The notes under the pieces are model-generated. The model saw nothing but the letters and a program-made list of their open reading frames with translations. It had not been told where the DNA came from and did not search any database. 64,000 nt of DNA, taken from the NCBI RefSeq assembly GCF_006345805.1, contig NC_043005.1, positions 64,294,001 to 64,358,000 on the forward strand, in the 5' to 3' direction. This DNA is from Octopus sinensis (lineage: Eukaryota). A program made the translations under genes and the position numbers. Of the stretch, positions 55,228 through 64,000 are shown piece after piece (positions within the stretch are counted from its first letter, which is position 1; each line of letters begins with the position of its first letter).

Positions 55228-55616
55228 TGGAGGCGCAATGGCCCAGTGGTTAGGGCAGCGGACTCGCGGTCGTAGGATCGCGGTTTCGATTCCCAGACCG
55301 GGCGTTGTGAGTGTTTATTGAGCGAAAACACCTAAAGCTCCAGGAAGCTCCGGCAGGGATGCTGGTGATCCCTGCTGTACTCTTTCACCACAACTTTCTC
55401 TCACCCTTACTTCCTGTTTCTGTTGTACCTGTATTTCAAAGGGCCGGCCTTGTCACTCTCTGTGTCACGCTGAATATCCCCGAGAACTACGTTAAGGGTA
55501 CACGTGTCTGTGGAGTGCTCAGCCACTTACACGTTAATTTCACGAGCAGGCTGTTCCGTTGATCGGATCAACCGGAACCCTCGTCGTCGTAACCGACGGA
55601 GAAAAGAGAGAAAAAG
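55228..55616 (+). mobile_element. SINE with type A head and body but a different tail; 12-bp target-site duplication
   Basis: ACTCTTAATCTC at 55216-55227 and at 55617-55628. After ttcctgtttc the tail diverges (tgttgtacctgtatttcaaagggcc...gtcgtcgtaaccgacggag). Confidence 0.9.
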
Positions 55617-56512
55617 ACTCTTAATCTCCTGAATAAGAAGATCCTATGGATGGTTATCATTTCCATTATAATTTAATTTGCATTGAATGGTACTGGATCT
55701 GTCATTTTTACCAGATTTAAATATGGTTTCTCATTGATGACATGTTTCATTCAATATAAATAAAGTGGATGATCTATTCTCTAGCTATTTGGAATTTTAT
55801 GGTTGGTTACAATGTTCATGTATAAATGAATGGTTGCAACAACCATGAAACACGAGTAGCTCGGAAGAGATCCATCGACATAGCACAAATATACTGCACT
55901 ACATGTATAGAATAATCTTAACTCGTTTGCATTTCGCAGCTCTAAGCATATCTTCTTAGATATATGAATATATATATATATATATATAAAACTTAAAACT
56001 TGATTTCGAAACGTACGTCCGTGGATAACTTTAAAAATGTTTGATAGATTGCGGTTAATTCATTCTCTCTTACCTGTTTGTGTCAGCCTTCCATTTGCTG
56101 TTTTTACTGAGATCTCCCTTTTTAGTAGAAGAAATAGCTATAACCCTTTGACTGCTATTTCTAAATTCGGTATGTGGTAAGGCAATTCGTTGCTGAACCC
56201 TTATTGCTTAGTATATATATATATATATATATATATATCAGTCATTAATTCCTGTGGTAAATTCTATCAATATTGACAATTTCAACTTCGCCACCAGTAA
56301 TGGAGTAAGTAATACTGATGAACATTAATTTCATGCGAAATTAGCCTGGCAGTATAATGTTTTCGCTTACGGGAGGTGGGGAGAGGTTGTCTCCCTTTGT
56401 CAGAACATAGAACAAGTGGTTTGTTTGTGTTTAGAGAATTTTTAACTCATATTTCTAGCAATGCTTGTGTACTCTGGACCCTTAGTCAATTTTACTGACG
56501 ATGAATTATATA

Positions 56513-56556
<44 letters not shown>

Positions 56557-56668
56557 AAGTATAAAATATAATGTATAATATACATATATACACAGATCTA
56601 TACACACATACGTATATTCTTATCATATAAATTTATATATATTATGTATATAGACATGTAATTATATA

Positions 56669-56720
<52 letters not shown>

Positions 56721-56806
56721 CGTGTTATTTTTCCCGAAAGGTAAAACCCCATTTTCTGAGCTACTTGCATATTATAATCTTAATAGATGTGTGTGTGTGT
56801 GTGTGT

Positions 56807-56854
<48 letters not shown>

Positions 56855-56903
56855 TATAAATGATATATTGATATATATTAATATATATGTATTTCTCTTC
56901 CAG

Positions 56904-56992
56904 AAATATGGTATCCAAAACATATCTCTGATCTAGACAGCTGTACCCATCTTCTCACGAAGTTTGAACCGGAACTTGACAGTGACCACCCA
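56904..56992 (+). CDS. TH: Tyrosine hydroxylase exon (start of catalytic domain)
   Basis: tttctcttccAG acceptor and CCA|GTAGGT donor. 89 nt, phase 1-0: (E)[29 protein letters not shown], matching human [29 protein letters not shown]. 89 nt is the size I recall for this exon in human TH and PAH. Absent from the ORF track. Confidence 0.96.
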
Positions 56993-57038
56993 GTAGGTTA
57001 CTTCTTTCATTGCACACATTTGTTGCTTTCATGATATT

Positions 57039-57107
<69 letters not shown>

Positions 57108-57116
57108 ATATATATA

Positions 57117-57293
57117 GGGGGAGAGTTCACAAAAAAACAAAAGACGAAGACAGGTGATGTACAAAACAAACAGATGTATTAGTATAACGCTCAGGAATAG
57201 AAAAAGTCTTTTACGTTTCGAGCCTACGCTCTTCTACAGAAAGGGACACAGAAAAAAACAAGGAGAGAAAAAAATATGTGTAGTGGCTACCGA

Positions 57294-57296
<3 letters not shown>
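57117..57296 (-). mobile_element. Penelope-like terminal repeat carrying a hammerhead-like fold
   Basis: Contains ttttacgtttcgagcctacgctcttctacagaaag. An inverted, diverged copy lies at 58746-58862. Confidence 0.6.
57208..57243 (-). ncRNA. Putative minimal type I hammerhead ribozyme variant
   Basis: The - strand reads CTTT|CTGTAGA|A-GAGC-GTAG-GCTC|GAA|ACGT|A|AAAG: 4-bp stem I, 4-bp stem II, palindromic ACGT stem III and GUA cleavage triplet. The core is CUGUAGA rather than CUGANGA. Confidence 0.5.
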
Positions 57297-57332
<36 letters not shown>

Positions 57333-58269
57333 CAGACCTATAATCAAAATGTTATTTCTAAGTGAAAATAGATTGCTGGTAAATTTGGACAACAAGCTTA
57401 AGTATATCATCTTAGATATCTTAATTGTCTTAATTATTTATTGCACTGACATTTTTATATCATCAATGTTCCCAATTACTTACCTCTTACTCCTTACAAC
57501 TGTTTACTTGTACTGAATTTCATGGAAGTTCTCTCGCCTAAAGTAAGATATATTCCTATACACGGTTTCATTATCATATATTAATATTCATTTATTGATA
57601 CTTTCGTGTATATCAATGATTTATGCTAATTACAAAATATCTTGTGAGGTACATTTCTTTGTGGGCTGCTAGAATAGTAGTCTACAAAGGAATTCGGCAT
57701 AATCACTCATTCAAATGACAGTTATGTAAAGCTCTATGAGAATATATACAGAGACAAGTATGCCATGTAATTGGAGTGATAAACCTAAAACATCAACCGG
57801 TTGTTTGGTGAACATATTGGCGCTCATTCGAGCCAGAACCACATCCACCTATTTCTTGTCTGACCTATCTACGTGCGAGTATACATGTGTGTGTGTGTGT
57901 GTGGTGTGGTGTGTGTTTGTTGTATGTGTGTGTGTGTGCGTGTGTGTGTGTTTAATGCTAATTATGACAAAGGAAATGCTGAAAACAAGATGTAAGTATT
58001 TGACACGCAATGAGAGCTTACGAAACCACAATGTCTTTGACATTTCTAACAATCTTTTTTTCTTTTCTTTTATTGATCGTTAGATAGTTAGAAAGAAAAG
58101 TATATTCCTACCTACTTACCTATGTACATATATACATTCATATATGCATGCATACATACATATATACATAGATACATACATGCATACACATACTCACACA
58201 CACACACACCTGTTGTAATCCTTAATGTCGGATTATTATAACGCCCACTCCAGTATAGCAATATAGTTA

Positions 58270-58531
58270 AATAATATAATAAATGCGCCCTTTAAAAACA
58301 TAGCCAGACTCTTGGTCCCGTTTTCCCGGTTTCTATGGCGTATATGTTCTCCAGCTGAACGGGACGCCATTCCATCGCAGCATTACTCATTTTTGCCAGC
58401 TGAGTGGACTGGAGCAACGTGAAATAAAGTGTTTTGCTCAAGAACACAATGCGTCGCCCGGTCCAGGAATCGAAGCCACAATCTTACGATCATGATGCTG
58501 ACACCTTAACCACTAAACCACGCGCCTCCAC
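58270..58531 (-). mobile_element. SINE type B with 13-bp target-site duplication
   Basis: AGCAATATAGTTA at 58257-58269 and at 58532-58544. Confidence 0.92.
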
Positions 58532-58745
58532 AGCAATATAGTTAGTATGACAATTAAAGACCACGACTGCCTATTACCGTCTGCTTCGTACTTTCTCCCT
58601 ATACTGACCGACGTCACCATATTTATAGTGACTAGCAAGTACCACTCGTCATGTTGGAGGGGTGTAGCATTATTACTATTATCCCCACAACAATACCTTT
58701 AAATAAATATGCATGTATGTGTATGCATATTTATGCACACAAGCA

Positions 58746-58861
58746 CAGAAGGGCGTAGGCTCAAAACGTTAAAGACTTTTTCACATCCCGAGCGTTAAAC
58801 TAATACATCTGTTTGTGTCTACACCACCTGTGTTCGTCATTTGCTTTTATGAATTCTTCCT

Positions 58862-58862
<1 letters not shown>
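58746..58862 (+). mobile_element. Diverged inverted copy of the 57117 Penelope-like repeat
   Basis: agaagggcgtaggctcaaaacgttaaagactttttc...ctaatacatctgtttg. The CUG and GAAA core is damaged. Confidence 0.6.
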
Positions 58863-58914
<52 letters not shown>

Positions 58915-59229
58915 TAATATATAAATATATACATATATGCATACATATATGTACATACCTATATATATATATATATGTATATATACATACATATATGCGT
59001 ACAGGACATCAAAAAAACGTTGAACACAATGAGAAACGAAACATACAACATAAAGAATATTCCCCTTCTCACTGTCCTGTTCTTGTTACCACTTTCACCC
59101 TCCGCAAAAAATCCCGAATTTTATTTAATTTGCCTGGCGGGAAGAACTGTTTCAACGAAGTCGCATCTTGTCATTGCCTTCGGAATTGGAGCAGTTGAAA
59201 CAGGGACAACTGAAGAAGGGGAATATTCA

Positions 59230-59359
<130 letters not shown>

Positions 59360-59403
59360 CTCATCTGTAGCATCTAAAATAATCTACAAATTTTTTTTTT
59401 CAG

Positions 59404-59471
59404 GGTTTCACTGACAAAGAATACAGAAGAAGAAGGAAGCTCATTGCAGACATGGCATTCACATACAGGCA
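59404..59471 (+). CDS. TH: Tyrosine hydroxylase exon (catalytic domain)
   Basis: ttttttttcAG acceptor and CA|GTAAGA donor. 68 nt, phase 0-2: GFTDKEYRRRRKLIADMAFTYR(H), matching human [23 protein letters not shown]. Confidence 0.96.
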
Positions 59472-59974
59472 GTAAGAGAAACATTGGCTTCTTTACATAC
59501 CTTTTTCTTTTTTAATTTCTTGTGGTCCTGTTGTTTATTTATGCTTCACAAATACAGTGATTCTTCTTTTGGTGATAGAAGTCGGACTGCTTAAAACACT
59601 GGCCGCTGTAACCTTTCCTGCATGATGTGATATATAAGAAATCGGTTCCAGAATTATTGCAAGAATTTATTTAAAATTTCAATTAAGCACCAACTTGGAA
59701 CAGTCGGTGACAAAGAAATGGCTGAGTAGCAAACTACATATAAGATGGCAATGGCATATTGAGTTTTTAAAATTTGTAACTTTTGACTTCATTGTGACTC
59801 GGCTAACCAGAAGCCTAGCTGTTGCTTGAACAAATTTTTGGATTATATTGAATTTGTATAAAAAGCTACGCACACACACACACGCACACAAGCACACTCA
59901 CACACACGCACACATACACGCACACACACAGATACACATCTACACACATATATATATAGGGATACGATGTTGAA

Positions 59975-60352
59975 AGAAGTCTGCTTCCCAATCACATGGT
60001 TCCGGGTTCGGTCCCACTGCGTGACACCATGTTCTGCTATAGCCTCGGGCTGACCAATTCCCTGTGAGTGAATTAGGTCGATGGAAACCGAAAGAATCCC
60101 GTCGTATGTGTGTGCGTGCGTGGGTGAATATGTGCGTGCATCTTTGTGTCTGTGTCGTCCAACAGTACCGCTTGATAACCTGTATAGGTTTGTTTATGTC
60201 CTCGTAACATAGCGGTTCGGCAAAGGACTAATGAAATAAGTATCGGGCTTTAAAAAGTAAGTGCTGGTGTTGATTCGTTCGACTAAAATTTGTCAATGCG
60301 GTGCTCCAGCATGGCTGCAGTGAAATGACTGAAACAACTAAAATACAAAAGA
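59975..60352 (+). mobile_element. Diverged SINE type C
   Basis: aagaagtctgcttcccaatcacatggttccgggttcgg...ggtgctccagcatggctgcagtgaaatgactgaaacaac. Confidence 0.8.
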
Positions 60353-60354
60353 GA

Positions 60355-60768
60355 TGTGTGTGTGTGACTGCGTCTGTGCGTGCGTTTCCCTGCGTAGTGT
60401 TTGTGTGCCTGCGTCTGTGTGTATGTGTATTTGCGCCTGCGTCTTTGTATGTGCGTGTGCGTATGTGCCTGCGTCTGTGTGTGCGTGTGCCTGCGTCTGT
60501 GTGTGTGTGCCTCCGTCTGTGTGTGTGTGTTCCTGCGTCTGTGTGTGTGTGTTCCTGCGTCTGTCTGTGTGTGAGCGCCTGCGTCTGTGTGTGTGTATGC
60601 GTGTGTGTGTGCCTGCGTCTGTGTGTGTGTACCTGCGTCTGTGTGTGCGTGTGTGCCTGCGTCTGTGTGTGTGTGTGTGCCTGCGTCTGTGTGTGTGCGT
60701 GTGCCTGCATGTGTGTGTGTGTGTGCGTGTGTGTGTGTGCCTGCGTCTGTGTGTGGAGCGCGCGTGTG
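60355..60768 (+). repeat. ~410-bp (GT)n-CCTGCGTCT minisatellite
   Basis: More than 15 units of cctgcgtct followed by a variable (gt)n; ends ~40 nt before the TH acceptor at 60811. Confidence 0.9.
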
Positions 60769-60811
60769 TAGATAAAAATCATATGCCTTATTTTTATTTT
60801 CTAATTTGTAG

Positions 60812-60862
60812 TAACATGAGTATTCCCAGAGTTGAATATTCGGAAGATGAGATAAAGACTTG
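60812..60862 (+). CDS. TH: Tyrosine hydroxylase 51-nt exon (catalytic domain)
   Basis: ttctaatttgtAG acceptor and TG|GTAAGT donor. 51 nt, phase 2-2: (H)NMSIPRVEYSEDEIKT(W), matching human GDPIPRVEYTAEEIATW. From memory, TH has a separate 51-nt exon here whereas human PAH has one 197-nt exon, which favours TH. Confidence 0.95.
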
Positions 60863-61091
60863 GTAAGTATTTCCAACAATCATAATTATTATTTTTTTTC
60901 TTGTTTTAGGATCTTATTCATTTGTATAATTTCTCAAATGTTGATAGCCTTTACTATTTCTTTTGTTGCTGTAGTTGTTGTAGTCTTGTTCTTGTTCAGC
61001 TGAGGTCGATTGTCACAAGAGTTCGTTTGAACGATTCCATTGAGTTCCAGCCGTAACGCATCTATTTTAATGACAGTATATCAAGATTTAT

Positions 61092-61656
61092 AAGGCGGCG
61101 AGCTGGCAGAAACGTTAGCACGCCGGGCGAAATGCGTAGCCGTATTTCGTCTGCCGTTACGTTCAGAGTTCAAATTCCGCCGAGGCCGACTTTGCCTTTC
61201 ATCCTTTCGGGGTCGTAAAGACAGACGAAATACCGCTAAGCAGTTCACCTGGCGAGCTAAATTTTCTTATTTCTTTACTGCCCACAAGGGACTACACACA
61301 GAGGGGATAAACAAGGACAGACAAATGGATTAAGTCGATTATATCGACCCCAATGCGTAATTAGATGAAAGGATGAAAGGCAAAGTCGACCTCGGCGGAA
61401 TTTGAACTCAGAACGTAACGGCCGACAAAATACCTATTTCTTTACTACCCATAAGGGGCTAAACACAGAGAGGACTAACAAGGACAGACAAACGGATTAA
61501 GTCGATTATATCGACCTCAGTGCGTAACTGGTACTTATTTAATCGACCCCGAAAGGATGAAAGGCAAAGTTGACCTCGGCGGAATTTGAACTCAAAGACG
61601 AAATACGGCTGCGCATTTCGCTCGGCGTGCTAACGTTTCTGCCAGCTCGCCGCCCT
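61092..61656. mobile_element. Compound SINE type D with a head at each end facing inward
   Basis: + strand head and body at 61092-61215, joined to a - strand multimer at 61216-61656 that ends in a full head. Confidence 0.88.
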
Positions 61657-62140
61657 ATATACATGCAAACATTAAAAGAAAACAGAAGGTATAATATAAA
61701 GAAACACCAGACATTAAGATCTCAAAGTTTTGCATAATTGACAGTGTTGTAAGGGAAATCTTATAATCATAACATCTAACATACAGTAGTGCGATATTAC
61801 ATAACTACGATTTATATTCTCACTACAAGCAAAACATAATCAAACAAAATTAAATTAAATTAAATTATGAAGCCAATTTTGCAGAAAACTTATATACAGT
61901 TAATACGTCCTCTTATTTCCAATGTGGTAAAGATTTAAGAAATCCAACTAAGATTAACATCAGAAGGCATGGTCGTGTTTAATGATGCTGAGATAATTTC
62001 TTAGATTAACGCGTTTTTATGTGATGAAGACGAATTTAATCCAATACATCGTTCTTAATATAGGACTAGTAATCATCTTATCACCCCTCGGGAATGAAAA
62101 GCGAAGTCAGTTACGTAGGATCTGAAATCATACGCAGAGG

Positions 62141-62220
<80 letters not shown>

Positions 62221-62473
62221 CATATATATATAATGTGTGGGGGGGTGTATAAATACACACACACACACATATATATACGTCTGTATGTACACACACATAC
62301 ACACGCAAGCACACAGAAACAGAACTAAATACTATAAATCATCGAGCCTGGTAAAATGTTTCCTACAATTCATTTCCCTATAATTGCTTGCGTGAAACAA
62401 TTGGGAAACGGAATAGTTTAAATGGTTTCGTTATTCTTACTACAATTAATACTGTGATTGCAACTTTAGACAA

Positions 62474-62869
62474 TCTTTATATATAAAAGAGAGGTTGTGT
62501 GCTGTCTGTCTCCTACGATTTAGATTCCTAACTACTCCCACATTTTGCGGTGCAGTTTAACCAAAACCGGGTATCTTATAGTCGTGATTCATATCGAGCC
62601 CTTCTAGGTATTAGTGCGCATCTATGATGAGTCTACGATTTTAAAAAAATTACCATCGATTTTTCCCATTTTTAATGCATTTTTGGCATATATAAGGGAA
62701 GTAACTCTCTAAAAATTTATTATTAAATCTCAGAACGTAAAAAGCTACAGTAACAAACCCCCCTTTGTGGTTAGCCATATTGAGATGGACTATTATACTT
62801 TACATCTCTAAAAATGCTTATATAGTTATTTCCCTTACAAACTCGAGCAACGCCGGGCGACCCTGCTAG
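62474..62869 (+). mobile_element. Non-autonomous Helitron-like element, copy 2
   Basis: A|TCTTTATATATAAAAG...ctcgagcaacgccgggcgaccctgCTAG|T. The first ~230 bp are near-identical to 44988. Confidence 0.8.
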
Positions 62870-62896
62870 TGTAATATAAAGCGTTAGTATACATAA

Positions 62897-63657
62897 CTAG
62901 AAAAGCACTCGGAAAGCGTAGACCTCCGCCGTGTAACTCATTTCCACCCATATACACGCATGCTGAAAATTGCCCAATTTCCCAAACCAACACCGGCAAA
63001 AACATAACCTCCTTGGCGGGGGTAAAAAAAATAAAAAACACAGCCATATGATTTTAAGAAAAAAAACCTTTAAAAACAGGAATCATATGAAGCAGTTCAC
63101 AACCACCAACATCATCAGCAACATTGTCATTGCTTCCACTTCAACCACATACACTGCCATCAATGTTAACAGTCACTTTCACCACCACAACCAGTATAAC
63201 CACTGCAATACCACCATTACACAACTAACACTATCATCAGCACCACTATTACCACCCTCACCTCAGCATCACACATCACACCGTTCCTGTCGCCATTATA
63301 ACCACCGATACTATTTTATCCTCCTCCCATACTTATCTCGACCATCGACATCATTAACACTGTCTCTAAACAGCAACGCCACCATAGGTTACGTGGAAAC
63401 GATGCGTTTTAAAGAGAGATAATCAAAGAACGTAGCATTGTAAAGTAAATATAACAAATGGAAATTCCTTCAAAAATCCATAAAAATTCCCGGATCACTA
63501 CCAAAATTTAATCATCTGTTTCTTGTGTCATTACCAACTTTTCCTGGAAGTTTTATCAAATACCGTTCACGACCTTTTGAATTATTTTGCACACTGACGG
63601 ACAGACGGACAAACCAACGGCAATGAAAACATAACCTCCTTCCTTGGCGGAGGTAAT
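62897..63657 (+). mobile_element. Pieces of a Helentron/HINE-like element (two CCTTGGCGG(A/G)GGT ends)
   Basis: actagaaaagcactcggaaagcgtagacctccgcc...aaacataacctccttggcgggggtaa at 62897-63026, and ...acagacggacaaac...aaacataacctccttccttggcggaggtaa at ~63480-63657. CCTCCGCC/GGCGGAGG form subterminal inverted repeats. Class assigned from memory. Confidence 0.5.
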
Positions 63658-63726
63658 AAGAAATTATAGAGGTTAGTCCGCAAAATAAGGGACAGTAATG
63701 TTTATAATGTTTAGTATAGAAAAGAG

Positions 63727-63950
63727 TGTGGAGACGCGTGGGTTACTGGTTAGGGTGTCAGCATCATGATCGTAAGATTGTGGTTTCGATTCCTGGACTG
63801 GGTGATGCGTTGTGTTCTTGAGCAAAACACTTCATTTCAGGCTGCTCCAGTCCACTCGGCTAGCAAAAATGAGTAACGCTGCGATGGACTGGCGTCCTGT
63901 CCAGCTGGGGAACACATACGACATAGAAACTGGGAAACCGGGCCCATGAG
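63727..63950 (+). mobile_element. SINE type B
   Basis: GTGTGGAGACGCGTGGG...GTGTTCTTGAGCAAAACACTTC...GCGATGGACTGGCGTCC...GGGCCCATGAG. Confidence 0.88.
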
Positions 63951-64000
63951 CGCTATTGTACATATTAGAGATTACGGAACATGCAGCTGCGAGGTGTCAT

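Noticed and set aside
60355-60768. Repeat-spacer-like pattern resembling a CRISPR array
   Set aside because: The spacers are just variable (GT)n, the context is a eukaryotic intron, and there are no cas genes.
60910-61000. Strong acceptor (ttgttttAG) as a candidate for the next TH exon
   Set aside because: The downstream frame does not encode the expected (W)K.VY..L..L..THAC sequence, and it lies only 47 nt from the donor. The true exon is probably beyond 64000.

Overview
AT-rich animal genomic DNA packed with microsatellites and SINEs. The repeat families look like those of an octopod cephalopod (Octopus-like); this is an inference, not a database match. The supplied ORF track is almost entirely microsatellite or low-complexity noise. 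The real gene is a + strand tyrosine hydroxylase (TH; Drosophila pale). I reconstructed five coding exons by hand: 13343-13579, 45787-45973, 56904-56992, 59404-59471 and 60812-60862 (237/187/89/68/51 nt). All have AG/GT boundaries and compatible phases. Introns are 32207, 10930, 2411 and 1340 nt. The spliced peptide has the RRKSLIEDARFE PKA motif, an ACT domain and the start of the catalytic domain ([10 protein letters not shown]...[22 protein letters not shown]...IPRVEYSEDEIKTW). I did not find the first coding exon or the 3' exons; they probably lie outside the window. The introns hold at least five modular tRNA-headed SINE types (several with perfect 12-17 bp target-site duplications), fragments of R4/Dong-like, Ingi/Vingi-like and RTE LINEs, a mariner relic, Helitron-like elements, foldback elements and Penelope-like repeats. 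Two Penelope-like repeats carry minimal hammerhead-ribozyme-like folds. I found no convincing wholly new biological system. The best leads are the ribozyme-like motifs, the multimeric and inverted SINE architecture, and possible splicing control of the frame-preserving TH exons.
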